Part shown: positions 36,867-49,885 of the stretch, in pieces | Position numbering within the stretch: the first letter of the stretch is position 1 | How the letters are laid out: every line of letters starts with the position of its first letter | Assembly (NCBI GenBank): GCA_026025075.1 | Contig: JAPEUI010000097.1 | Span: forward strand, 1-60,837 | Length of the DNA: 60,837 nt | Reading direction: 5' to 3' | Origin: Vezdaea acicularis | Lineage: Eukaryota | Notes under the pieces: model-generated | Database searches by the model: none | The model's input: only the letters and a program-made list of their open reading frames with translations | Told to the model about the DNA's origin: nothing | Translations under genes and position numbers: made by a program

Positions 36867-38298
36867 CTACTCGATTTCATGCGCTTTCCTCCTCCGGATA
36901 AGTTCCCCTAAGGGGACATCCTCTTCCCTCCATTCCGCCTCCTCATCAATCCCAAAATCCGCCAATCTCTCTCCATCGTCGTTCCGCCAAACAAGGACTT
37001 CCTCCCCACCGATATGCTCGACCTGGCCTGGCCTATGATCAGATTTAACCTCATCATCCGCCATATCACTCTCACTCTCATAGTTGTCCTCTTCTGCACC
37101 TCCAAATCTCTTCTGATCATCCATCTGCCGTTTTCTGACAGCCTGCACCCAGCTTTCAGCTCCTTCTCCTTCTTCTCCATGTGTAAACGGGTCTCTCACA
37201 TCGCCATTCATAGGCTTTCTTGACATGCGATCGGGGTCTGGTGGCGGCCATGCAAAGTCGCTGTCCTCAAATCCATTGACTTCGAAGTCATACCCGCTCT
37301 TTACTGATACTGTACTTGCGAACGGCCACAGCCAAATTAACGGATTGCGCGAGCCTATTCCCTCTGCTATGTTTTTATATATCCCAATATCGTATGGGAA
37401 CTCGTATCTCTTCAACCGCACTCGCATGCCATTCGGCCCATCAACAAAGCCGTTGTTGAAGCGCGCCCGCCGTGCGAGTGTAGCATGTCGCTCGATCTCC
37501 CAGTTCTCGATTGTGGTTTGATTCAGCACAAGGTTCCAGATTGTGCGGACGAGGAGGATGAGCAGAACTATGAAGGTGGGTGTAAGGGTTATAAGGAGCG
37601 ACATGAGGTGGACGAGTTGGAGAACATTGGGACCGAGGTAGCTTGGGAGGGCCCGGTTTAACCAGAGATCGTGCAGATGCGGAAAGAGGAGGTAGGTGAG
37701 ATAGGCTAGGGAGACGTTGGTATAGACAAGGAAGCGGATGAAGTGGGGAAGGGTAGTATAGGAGACGCAGTTATATGTCCAGGGGCAATGATGGTCCATT
37801 CGGGGGATACATCTAGGAGAGGTGAGTACAAGGCTTAGGCTGCAAAGGAACAGGGCGCTACGACGAGGGAAAAGAGGCATGATTCAAAAGTGTGGGACGT
37901 TGGGAATAGTACCTGCCACATATCTTGCAATGATGGGTTCTTGGTGGTTTCACAACTTCGCACTTTCTACACCACTTCCTCCGTCCATTATGCAACTCTT
38001 GCTTCTCGTCAGACCGTTGCCCATCTATACTGGCTTTTGCTTGCGCTTTATATCCATCTGCATCTTCCAATATATCCCCAGGAACCCAGTCCTTAGGCAC
38101 GAACCCTGGGTTCGTGGCGCAACTTTTGTAATATGTAAAAAGCAAACACGCGACAAGTGTATTGAAGATCAAGCTCTGCCGCCGTGAGGGCGGACCTGGT
38201 GCTAGGTATGCAAATAAGAATTGGGATGAGAATGCAAGAAAAGAGATCAAAAATAGAACCGCAGGTATGGCAAGTTTTTGGGGAGAGGTGAGGGGCAT
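36867..38298 (-). CDS. PFA4: DHHC palmitoyltransferase Pfa4
   Basis: WCRKCEVVKPPRTHHCKICGR|CIPRMDHHCPW; NQTTIENWEIERH; FPYDIG; WPPPDPDR. Confidence 0.93.
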
Positions 38299-38744
38299 GG
38301 TTGGTTTTGAGTTGATGTAGCGAGAAGAAGCGCCATGGAAAGATGGCGAAGGCTGAGTAATGTAGGTGAGATGAGTATTGGATGTAATTCTTCTCGGCTT
38401 CATATCGATTTTGTCACGAAAGAATTTTATGCACTTGTTTAATCGCAGCATCATGCATAGGCAAGTAAGCCTCATACACGAATTAGAATTACTCCAAACA
38501 GTAGATCCTAATCAGACATCTCTGCTCTCTGTGCGTCGATTGAATATACAAGCCTCCCGTCGCATTACACACATCCCTCTTGTCCACGCGCTCCTTAGAC
38601 CAACATATGCACAAATGTCAGACGTCTGTTTATCTGAAACAAAATCTTAGATCCAACGGATAAATCTAACACTCCTCAGACATGATTTGGCAGTTTGACA
38701 GGGGTGAACAGACATCCTGACATCAGTTCATTTATCATCTCTCT

Positions 38745-40311
38745 CTAACCGCCGAAAACCGAGCTGCATCCCCAGTGGTTCTCAACTCCCAACGGGCCGG
38801 GCTGCTTCCATCCATCATCCACAAAGGAGAAGAAAGTCGCCACGGTACCAACCGTCCCTTTGATTCCCGTGATGGCTGTTTGCTGCTCCGCAATGCCTGG
38901 AACTGCAGCACCGTTGGCAGATCCAGCGTTGGGCCAGCCAGTCTCCAAGATGTATGCAGTTTTACCAGGGCAGAGACCCTTCAAGAGGTCGAGTTCTGAG
39001 GAAGCAAATGAGCCTGCCTGATCAGCAGTGGTAGCCGAGTTGAAGTAGGGATGTACGTTGCAGCCAACAACATCGACGACAGCGCAGATGGTGCTCGTGT
39101 TCTCCTGGAGGATGTTCAACGGCTCAGAAGTTGTGATAGGGCCGGAGTATCCGCTGAAAGCAGACTTGCAGTAGCTGATATAGGACGCAAGGTCTCCAGC
39201 AGAGCAGAACCCGTTGAAGACGGCTTCATTTCCAACCACGATCATCTCAACCAGATCCCACTGAGCCCATGCTTGAATAGCCTGGACCTGACCCTTGGAG
39301 GCTTCAATGCCGGTGGCATCAATGTAAATACCAAGAATCAACTTGATTCCGTGTGCCTTGGCCGCATCGCCAACATTTTGCAGACCTGAGCAGTCAGTGC
39401 TGTAGATACGGACTGCCGTGAAACCCAAGCCAGCAATCTTTGCGATATCGGCGTCAACTTCAGAGGCGCCCTTGCAGCCACCACTATTCTGGTATGGTGA
39501 ATAGGTCATCGCCCATAGGCCTGAAGCACCGGCAGAAGGTGTGGGAGCAGCCCGCTTGATCATGGCTTTAGGAGGCGTTGGAGTTGGTGACTTGAGGCAG
39601 GCTGTGCAGGTGGAGTTCACCGTGGAAGTCGTGTAAGTGGTGGAGGCGTTCTTGGTCGTGTATGAGTATGCCCCTTGATGGAAGTCTCGAGTTAGTACAA
39701 TTTGCTCTTCATCATCCCGACCAAGACGTCGTCCTCAGATTGCCTAGACATGAAATATTCGAATACTTACAAGATGGCGATGCCGTCACGTAGGCCGTAT
39801 AAGTGACCACTGTAGCAGCAGGGCAGGTCGGGCATACTAAGGAAGTGCTCGTGCTGGTGGAAGTCGCGGACTTCACGGTGACTGTCGTCGAGGAAATCGG
39901 GAGTGTGCTAGTCACCGTGGTAGTATAAGTGGTACCGCTGCTAGTATACGTGCTGGCGAAGCAAGTGGTCGTGTAGGATGTTGCAGTACTCGTCGTCGTG
40001 GTGTTGGAATAAACGTAAGACTGCGTACTATACGATGAAGTCGACGGGACAGCGGTGACGGGGCACACAGTGGTGTACGCGGGGATGGTCGAAGTCACGA
40101 CGACAGTCGACGAAGCAGGGCAGCTGATCACGGTAGGAGCGCAGCTCGTGATAGTATATTGAGTGGTCGTGTAGATAGTCGAGGTGGTCAAAGCTGGGGA
40201 CCCTGTGCCCATTGCACCCCTTTGCCTGAGATGAAAGGCTTCATGACCGTGGTGAGCCTCCGCAGAAACCAGAGCCACGGACGCCGCAATGGCTAAGATT
40301 GAAAGCCTCAT
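38745..40311 (-). CDS. Secreted GH17 beta-1,3-glucanase/glucanosyltransferase (BtgE/Scw11-like)
   Basis: Signal peptide; S/T-rich region with TITSCAPTVISCP; GH17 motifs WAMTYSPY, VRIYSTDC, VVGNEA (acid/base) and ILETGWP (nucleophile); one intron. Confidence 0.92.
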
Positions 40312-42314
40312 GTTCACACGACGTTCGTCTGAAGATCAATTAGCTTGGGAAAGTAGCCGTGATGGCGAATTAAATGTAATGACAGTTGTCTGATAACGAT
40401 TGCCCGCTGAAAGAGTGAAGCGGTGGTCTGGCAGAGAACGTGAGGGTCGAAGGGAAAGAGAGACGAAAACGTGAAGCTCGTCGCTAACCTTGAGAAGAGA
40501 GAATACACGAAGGGAGAGGAGGACAATAAGAGACTGACTGCCAAGGGTTAGGGGGGTTCCCCGTTCCGCCGGCGCTGGCGGAAAGTCCCAGGGTTCATTT
40601 TGCGGGCGAGCAGCGAGCGCTCTCGACAGCGCCAGCAGCATGGCGTTCCACTAGCTGAGCTTCCCATCACGGCCGCCTTAGTATCCGCCGTGACAGGCAA
40701 AGGACAATGATAGGCCGCGGGAGGGAAGGAGATCTCCCCCATCTGGTGGACAAAAGCAGTCCAGGAAGCAACGGGCGGCGTGAGGTGAGGGAGCGGAGCA
40801 CTCCAGGGCGGATAGGGCTAGCTCTGCAATTTTCCGCGCCGACGTCAATCTCCTGCGCTCCGCCCGCCAAGAGGAGCTCCAGGAGCTGACCGCGAATCCG
40901 CCCTCGCCTCGGCTGCCAATTACCGGCGCGGCCGTGCACCGGCCCAAACTCCAACAGGCAAACCTCCAATCCGGCCGTGGCCTTCTTTAGGCAATTGGAG
41001 GGAGAATCGGGTCGACCAGGATCAGGCGCGGTCCAGCAGCGAATCCTGGCTCCGCAAGGGATCCAGCACCGCAGCAGACGATGGGGGAGGACGGCGCCGC
41101 GCAGCCTCGCCGCTTTTACTGGGCGGCATGAAATTGGCAATTTCCCGCTCAACCACAACAACAGAGGCGAGCTGCCTATCTACAGAGAAGCGTTGGAGGT
41201 TCTAGAAGTCACGCGTCCAGATGTCGGCGTCTACACGACGATCTATTAATTTGCATGAGAGAGGATCGTCTTTGCAGCGCGGCAATCCTGAGAGTCGTCG
41301 TTTAAATATGGCTGAGCTGGTCGGACGGGTGTCGTCGAAGGGCATCGACAGGATCGCAAAAGAATCCGAAATGAGAACGATAAGCTTGAAACCCGGGGTC
41401 GAGATTACCCCCAAACCAGACCGCATCTGCAAATCGAGGGTAGGGTTTGGCGGAGGCGGGGGTCAAAGATAGCACATACTGAACATGACGGGTTCGCAAA
41501 GCTTTACTTTTGGCTCGGAATAACAAATTATGATGTGAAACTGATTTTGCTCCCTAATCACCGATCGCGATCTCCACCGATACGCTCGAGAGCCTAATGG
41601 ACAATGTCAGTAACCCCGTGAAGAAACCGTAAGCAGGCGCAGCATACTTCCAACATGACGACTGAATTGCCCCGAATAACCTGCGCACCGAACAGAAGTC
41701 AGCATCAGCCCTGCAGCTCTGCGTCCCGCAAGTATCCCTTTCCACGTACCACCATCCCTAACGGTACTTTACCACCACCGTCTTTTTCTTCGAACGAATC
41801 ATCAAGGACGATATTCAAGAAGACCTACGAATTAAGATCATCAGCAAAACCTATGGTGATCCAGACTTTTTTGACTCACATCGTATCCCCGAAGTACGCC
41901 AATGACCTTGCGACTTCCATTCAGTTGTACGAATAATCGTTTGTCGAGGTACTAGAATGTAATTGAAAGTTTAGAATGCATGTAAAATATTAAATCTCGA
42001 ACGGCTTCGCGAGGAACGCGGTCGAATGCATGGAGTGATACGCACCTTCTTTAGCTCTGGCTGAGCTTGAGGCATCTTGAATAATTGCCCGTACTCACTC
42101 TAGCTTATATGAGCCTTAGAGGTCTGACTTGAAGGTTTGACTCTTTCTTGGTGGGGTGTTCGCAGATGACGGAAATTGCCGGCGTTGGTCCTGCGGCTCT
42201 GACCTCTCGCGAGAGCCTACAGAATGCGTCTCTTATAAAGGTCGTTTAAATGTACCGGTGAAGGTCACTCTGAAAGGTTGAAAGAGCACAGAGTATGCAT
42301 TTAATGGCTTTACA

Positions 42315-43668
42315 ATGAGCTCTCTGTTTGGATCACGCCGGAAAGGCCGTAAAGTTGGTCAGGATGAGAATAATCAGGATGAGAATAATCAGGATGAAAA
42401 GAACCAGGATGAAGTTGATGAGCGGGGACAATCTCAAGGTCAGTACTTGCATTTCGCAGGTCATGAAAGCTCTTCTAACGGCATCAAATATTTCCAGGCG
42501 GCTAATGATTCATATAGATAATATGCGCGCAACCAAAAATCGTTCAGCCACAGCCTCAAGCGGCTTCTCCAAACTAAAAAAGAAGTCTTCCCTTCGACTT
42601 TCTTTTGGACCAGGTGAGATGAGTGGCGCCGAATCCGAAGAGGAATCCCATACAATCTTTACACCAAAGAAATCAACGCTTAGTCGGCAAGCTATTGAGA
42701 AGAATGCTCTTCGCAAGTCTCTGAGCGCTTCGGGCATTAGAGCGGACCGTTTGCCAAGTCGAGAAGGGCGAGTTGAAGACCGTCCTAGCTATAGCAGAGA
42801 TTACCTGGCGGAGCTGAAGAGCTCTACACCCACAACGCCAAAGGACCTTCAAGGTCAGTCCGAGACCGAAGAGGAGCCAGAAAAATCTGTGCTTGACATT
42901 GTTGCAAAATTTGGGACCCCGGCTGACGCTGAAAACGCGTCAATTATTCCAAGCGAAGCTGAGATTCAGGAGAAAAAGGAGAGACGGGCAAGACTAGCCA
43001 AGGAGCAACAGTACATATCTGTTAATGGAGAAGAAGAAAGCTCCCTCCAACCATTCAGGAAGCATCCTGAAACGCGACTGGTGCACGAGGATGAAGACAT
43101 CGCTGAGGGTTTCGACGAATTTGTTGATGATGGGGGTTTAGCTTTAGGGAAGAAGCTTGAGCGACAACAAGCGAAGAAACGGAGAAAAGAAATGGCGTAT
43201 ATGATCGAGGAAGCTGAGAACAGCACAGAAGAGGACACCGATGACTCAGAAGCTGAGCGAAAAGTAATATATGAAGCTGTGCAGACCAGAGCTGGGGCGT
43301 TTGGGCCGAATGGTACTACAGTCGAGCCCCCCACAAGGCCAAGAACACCGCCAAAGATCACACCCATATCGACTCTCGCCGCTATTCACGAACGAATGAA
43401 GGCCGCACTGGAAAGCATGCAGAAATCGCGCGCGCAAAAGATAAAGGCGTTGGAAGAACTCACTAAGGAGAAAGAGGAAATCTCAAGAAGGGAAGAAGAA
43501 ATCCAGAGGCTGCTCAAAGAAGCGGGAGAGAAGTACGAACATCTGAGGGAAGAGGCCGGACTGGCACAATCCACAGCGCAACCTTCTGGGTCAGCTTTGC
43601 AGAATGGCATGGACAGAGGACTAGAAAGTATTGGCAACAGTCCATTACAGGTGGAAGATCAGTTATGA
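42315..43668 (+). CDS. NTR2: Nineteen complex-related protein 2 (spliceosome disassembly factor)
   Basis: FGSRRKGRKVG; LRLSFGPGE; RPSYSRDYLAELKSSTPTTP; IPSEAEIQEKKERRARLAKEQ; DEDIAEGFDEFVDDG; intron ~42439-42518. Confidence 0.85.
42360..42413 (+). repeat. 15-bp coding tandem repeat (QDENN)
   Basis: CAGGATGAGAATAAT x2, CAGGATGAAAAGAAC, CAGGATGAA. Confidence 0.9.
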
Positions 43669-43948
43669 AACACCTGTAATTGAAGTGATTCTTGCTGTGA
43701 TATTCATGGATGGAGATTACGCCATCAACATCCCAAGAATGACCTTATAGCCTAGGTTCTCGACCTCGCCTTGGACGCTATTCTATGCGAAACCCCTCCG
43801 GATTCCTACAGTAATCATCGAGCCGCGGTGTAGTTTCATCATAGCGGTCTCCCTCTGGCCCGAAAAGACTAATTGACCGATTGAATGTTGATGACTTGTC
43901 GGATAAGTTGCTTCTTTAATTTTGGTGCATATAATACAGACGGCAGGT

Positions 43949-44563
43949 TTACCGTGGCTTCGCTCCAGCTACACCTGCACCAATAACGCTAGGCAAGTCT
44001 TCCTGCCCGATGGTGAACAACAAACCAACAGCCCAAGCAATCGCTCCTGTTATTGCGATCCCAAATCCAGCCAGCAGGAAGAACGGTACACTAACATCAA
44101 TCTTCTGACATGCTGGACCGCCCCAGTGGGTCTTCGAGATTGAGCCAGAACCGGGATCTATATAAATGGTTGCAGTACATTTGCAAGCGAAGCAATCAAT
44201 CCCCTTCCCCCCTCCAGATCCTGTAGTGTACTTGAGATAGACTTCGCCGTGCCCCGAGCAATTATGCGTTGCACTAAAGGCATCTTCATATGAACGGTGG
44301 CACACCGGGAGGATGCCAGCTGGGAGAACAGAGGGGAATGAGGGTGAGAAAGTGGATGAGGATGACTTCGTTTTGGAGCTGGGGGCAGATTCCGTCTCAG
44401 ACATGCCTGATAGCGGCTCCTCGGATCGACGATGATTTGCGTCCTATAGAGCAAGTTAATTCTGAGGTTGACAGAGCCTGCTGTAAGCTATTGGATAGAG
44501 ACTAACCGCACATGCGCCCATCAGGAGCTCTCCGAAGAGAAGTAGACCGTAAATGAATCTCAT
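43949..44563 (-). CDS. DUF3844-domain membrane protein (short form, ~183 aa)
   Basis: Signal exon MRFIYGLLLFGELLMGACA spliced in frame to ATHNCSGHG...CFACKC...HWGGPACQKIDVSVPFFL + TM + QEDLPSVIGAGV. Confidence 0.8.
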
Positions 44564-44978
44564 CTTGAGAAGCACCAGAGAACTTCTTCTGAGTTCAGGT
44601 CTCGGTGTGGAAAGGTCAGACTATTGAAGCTAGACTAGACTGTTGATTCGTCATGAGGATAACGATGTGAGTACCACAAAAGTGCGTTCATTGTGCGTTC
44701 GGGTGCCCGCACCAACGACCGCTTTCGCATCCAACTGCATCGAAAGCGGTATCACAAGCCACCAAAGGCTGGTAGATCTCTTTAGTCACACTTCAGTTTA
44801 TTGCACCGCCTTGCCCCAAGAGTCCTGTTGTAGATGCTTAAATTCAATGGTACTCCACGCCTTAGATCTTAGGATTCTTCTCTTCGGCTACAATCAGTAT
44901 CAAACCCTGTTGAGGGCGTCCCATCATACGCCATAAGATCCTACCGCGGTGGCCAAAACCCACCGAATTTCTTAACGA

Positions 44979-46464
44979 ATGTTCAGGCCTCCGCTAACTC
45001 GGTTTTCAAAGACGCTACTTGTCCCAGGCCGACTTGGGCCCTTTCATGTTCGTTATGCGCATAGTATTAATGTCCAGAGAGTTAAGCTCTTACGACCTTC
45101 GACAAGGTAAGATATCCTCTACCAATAGTCTTTCTCCTCCTGACATCAGCTTCCCAAAGAACCAGAACGTTTTTTCTGGCACTTGCCAGCTACGTTCTAT
45201 ACAAATACCTCACTATCCCCCCAGCTCGCGATCCTGAGGAGTTCCGTCATATTGAAGGCAACGAGCAATTGAGGCAAAAGAAGCAGGAGTTCAGGCAGAA
45301 AGAAATTGAAAAGTATGGCCTTGAAAAAGCGGAGAGATCCCACAAAGCTCGCGATTCCGCCATGACGATAGTCGAGAAAGAACAGGCGATCATGAAGTCG
45401 GGAAATACTGAAGATCTTCCGCAGGGCTGGTTCATACCACTTGGCCTCGCATTCCAATTGCCACATACTTATTATAAGGGAAGTGATCCCGAATGGCAAG
45501 AGTTCATCAAGTTCTCCCAAGATAGCCAAAGGGTTGAGAAAGTCAAGCGTGTGTTTCAATCGTCCCCCTTTCTAAGTCGCCTGCTCACTTTAAATTTCTA
45601 GGAGATCTTGCTGCCATCCTTGGAGATGCGGCAAATCGAGACAAACAATTTCAGCTTAAGTTCGGCAGTCCTTTGAATGTGCACAGGTATTGGCTTGATA
45701 TGGACTATCCCGATGGCCCTCCTCCTAGGTACATGCGCTTCGGGTAGGTTTGCTTCTCACCTCCTATTTCTCTTCAGGTAGACGTTGTTAACTGTCCCCA
45801 TAGTCTATTCATCTCTGACCATGCTACCTTCACATATCGACCTGTAACGCCTTGGAACTACTTTCGGTTCTACCAGGCTCTTTCGCCAACCCCATTAGCG
45901 AAGTCTTTGTACGCTGGCCATGACGCCCTAGTTTCACATCAATTGAAGAAATTAAAGGGTCTAATTCTGCCTGGCCCAAATTCGGAGCAAAAAAGAGGGA
46001 TGGGAGTACAATTCGGGGCGTCCGATTCTAATAGAGCGTCAGAAGGAGATCTTCATGCAACTACAAGCACACAGAGATCACTGTCTCCCCCAAGTACTGA
46101 GTCCAGTTCTCAAAGGGCAAGTACTGGTGCTTCCGACGGAAGGGAAGCCCTTCGGAATTCAAGCGATGGAATTATTCTCCCCATCCCCTCCGCATCGATT
46201 ATACCAGAGGGTCTAAAGGTCGAGATGAAACCTGGTGTCTCGGCCTTTAAGAAACAGCTCGTGCGTTCGTGGCGACCCGCAAGCGATCAATCTTCATCGG
46301 GCTGTATAATGGTAACGGGACTCGTCGAAATTGCAGGCCCTCACGCTGTTGCAGTATTTGACGTTAAAGGCCACTTCAATCCTAAGGTCGACCAGTACGA
46401 ACATGTTTCGGCCAATATGAGAAGGTATCAGAGGCGATCGCAGCCTCCAAAGGGTGGTGCATGA
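44979..46464 (+). CDS. Fungal hypothetical protein with presequence-like N-terminus and one hydrophobic segment
   Basis: MFRPPLTRFSK; FIPLG...YYKGSDPEWQEFIKF; WLDMDYPDGPP; GCIMVTGLVEI; three introns. Confidence 0.7.
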
Positions 46465-46968
46465 CCAATCACTGCTCGATTTGTCGTGCATTTAGCGAGT
46501 AATGGCGTTAGGTGGAGAAAGATTGCATGGTAATGGCTGGGCGGAGCTTTAGGCAAGAAGTATGCTGTGGATTTCATGGAGCTCATTTGGTAATTGCATT
46601 TTCTTGTAGCTCATGTCGGTCTAGTCCCCAGGAACCTTCAGAGAACCATCACATCTTTTCGCTAAATGGCGAAAGGAAACTCTCTTAGAGCGTAAAATTT
46701 TCATAATGCAATCTTTCATTTGATCGTGTTAAAGTCTCAAAAACAATAACGTGACTTTAACGACAGTCAACTAGAGCTTGAAGGCCAAGTGTTGTGTGTT
46801 GGCCCTGACGTGAGATATGGTGGCCACATTTCTGTGTTTTTTTTCTAAAACTCATCGCACCAGCTCTTCCTTACACCAGCAAAGAGTCAGGATTACCGCA
46901 AACTAAAGCTAGCTCTTTCTACTTGACATTATTTCGATTCGAACAGAGTCCTTCTATAAGAGGCAATC

Positions 46969-48546
46969 ATGGCGTCTCAAACAGCTCTACGAAGTCAACT
47001 CTCAAAGGATCCCGTCCATCACGACACTCTGATGACAACGGAGGGATCGCCCACACCAACTCCATACCAGACACGAGTAAACACGCCCGAGTGCGAAACT
47101 TGTATAATCAAAGATAATACAATCATGTCTGGTAATGAAATAGTAGAGGCCCTGAAGAAAGAGCGTTTGTCTTCCGAGAAAGCCACCGACGGCGACCGAT
47201 ATCTCGAGGCTCCTGTTCAGAACAGCACCGCCATTGGGTCCACCACTTCTGTGTCAACGCAGTCCAAATATCGTTGGCTATTCGCCTACTTTCTTATCAA
47301 CCTCAGCCTGACGGTCTGCAACAAGCTCATCCTAACAAAGGTACGTGAAGTCTTCTGTCAAGCAATGAGGGCAGAGCTATTCGTGGGTACGATCTCTGCT
47401 CTCTGCTTGCCGGTAAGGACTGGGTTTAGCCCTAATCTGGTATTATCTTACTTTACCGCCTTTTACCGTTTGTGGCACATAAGTGCACTCTTGGTTCTAA
47501 ACTATCTTCTCTTGTCTCTCCCTTTTACAAACCGTTGTTCTGCGTCCTGTTTGTCATGACTACAGCTTTTCATTTACTTGAGGGTAAAAGCACCAAAGGG
47601 AACGACGCACTAACTCTCACACAGCTGCCATTTCCCTGCCTCCTCACCTCTGCTCATGCTCTTGCTGGTTGCATTGGGTCAATATTATCAATGCAGTTTG
47701 GTGTCTTCACGCCGCGTGAACTTACGTTCAAAGAAGCCATCATGGTCTTTACCTTCTCGCTACTCTATACGTCAAACATAGCTAGTAGTAACTGCTCTCT
47801 GTAAGTCCGAACTCCTAAACGTGCAGACGCCTAGACTAATCCTGTTCTACAGGTCACTCGTTTCAATCCCTTTTCATCAAGTCATACGCGCATTAACTCC
47901 CGTTTTCGTTGTTCTGATCAACGTACAAATGCTCGGCTACTCGTACAGTAATATGACGTATCTCACTCTCATACCCACCATCCTTGGAGTTGCCCTTGCT
48001 ACATATGGGGACTACGAATATACAACACTTGGCTTCAATCTCACACTGCTCGGTACGTTTCTTGCGGCTCTGAAAACCGTGGCCACCAACTACATTCAAA
48101 CAAGTAGCTTCCTCCGGCTCTCCCCTTACGAAATACTCTTCTTTTTATCGCCGCTTGCGTTCGTAGAGTCATCTTTCACGGCATGGTCTAATGGGGAGGT
48201 CTCCACGTTTTTTACGGATTCATTTCCCACGCTCGACCCGTTACACACTCTTGCAATCATACTTAACGCCGGACTCGCTTTTTCCTTGAACGTCATTTCT
48301 TTTGAGGCGAACCGTAGAACAGGGGCGCTCACAATGACCGTGGCCGCCAACGTTAAGCAGATTTTGACCGTTGCTCTGGGAATTCTCTTCTTCCACTTCG
48401 CCTTAGGATTCGGAAATGTTCTGGGGATCGCCCTGACGTTGCTCGGCGGTGCCTGGTATGCCCGCGTCGAGCTCCGGAATGGGTCGCCAAGGCGTCGTCC
48501 GCTTCCTGCAGGTGTGCCGGGGATTCTGGCCGGACATAATGTTTGA
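46969..48546 (+). CDS. Triose-phosphate/nucleotide-sugar transporter (TPT, DMT superfamily)
   Basis: WLFAYFLINLSLTVCNKLIL; FPCLLTSAH; LYTSNIASSN; VSIPFHQVIRALTP; LAALKTVATN; GALTMTVAANVKQ; ~280-nt first intron. Confidence 0.9.
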
Positions 48547-48906
48547 GTGTTTGAAGGTCTCCAAATTATATGCACGCGGGCTCTGGCTCTCAATTTCCTT
48601 TCTCTTCCGGGCGATTTGTTTTCGGGGCGATCTCTTTTGTATGATCTGGTTACCAATAACGGAAACCCGTTATTTGCAGTATTTCAGTATTAGCTGAAAT
48701 CTAGCAGTTGGTGGGATCCTTAGTGATGAATTGAAATTGACCATTCTGAAGTGACCGAAACCACGAAGCATTGCACGTATCGTCCACCATTTTACTGATG
48801 GTGCCTTCTGACTAACTCAAACTATCATTTCATTTCATTAATTCTCCCTATAACTGCCCGTCCCATGACACTTTCTTTTCCTAGGCCTTCCCCCTTGCCT
48901 CCGCCT

Positions 48907-49459
48907 CTAGCGCCGGTTCTGTAACGCCGTCCCAAAGACATACAAGCCATAGACGCTGAGCACACTCAACCCAATCGGAACCGGCTTCTGCGTCCTGATC
49001 GCATTCGGAACACTGACGCCTGCGAGAACGATGCTCGCAAGGAGCGAGAGCTCGACTCCGTAGGAAGCACGGCTTTGGAGACGGTAGCCACCTAGTGCGT
49101 ACTATGGAAACGAGAGCATTAGTACAGAATTTGGCTACTGGGAGAGGGAGAGACTGGGGAAGCATAGAGGTGAGGTGCAACAACGTAGGGAGGCAGAAGC
49201 AGAGCTTACGAGCGCGCCAACGGAACACCCGGCGACGATGGAGGGGATGGAGCCAGACTTGACATAGCCCACCGTGCCTCCCGCCGCGTTGAGGAAGCCG
49301 AGGACGTAGGCGGTGGTTTCGATGCCCTGGTGTAGATGTTAGCGGTATGTCCGCAAAGAAGAAAAAGACCCCTTCCCCAAACGAGAGCTGCGCCAGATGA
49401 AGCTTTATTCTCCTGCGCGCAATTGCGGCGAAGAAGACGGGATTGGGAGGACTTGCCAT
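48907..49459 (-). CDS. TMEM14-family small membrane protein
   Basis: Spliced product M-GIETTAYVLGFLNAAGGTVGYVKSGSIPSIVAGCSVGAL|YALGGYRL...YGVELSLLASIVLAG; first intron GC-AG 49327-49456; TAG at 48907-48909. The listed 192-aa ORF is mostly the wrong frame. Confidence 0.88.
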
Positions 49460-49885
49460 CTCGAATTAGCTGTTCCCGGTCAATCCTTTGGAATTGGGTT
49501 GTGAAAACGAAATTGAGTTATGAAATTGAGCTTAAACTTGTCTGTGACGTGAGTGTAGAAGAGTAGAAAATGTCCTCACCTCACACCAAGCTGTGCATGG
49601 ATGGATAGGTGGAGGTCAATTAAAGCTCGGAAGCTCCCCCAACCCCGAGCTCCGCACCCCCGGAAACCGCGCGTTCGGTCACACGCGCCCGCCGTCGCTG
49701 CCGACGTCCCCCCCTGCGTGCAGCAAACTCTTGGCGCAACGTTGCCTTTCTGGGTGTCGACATCTACACCTTCATAGCACCGCCAATCCCTCCCTCGAAA
49801 CTCTCTCCCACAACAACCTCACCTTCTCCCTCACCACAGCCCCTCGCCCATCCCATCACCACCCCCCTCAGCAACGCAAAAAGCA

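Noticed and set aside
40320..42310. Many short ORFs in the 2-kb region between the GH17 gene and NTR2
   Set aside because: No recognisable domains; expected by chance in a GC-rich promoter region
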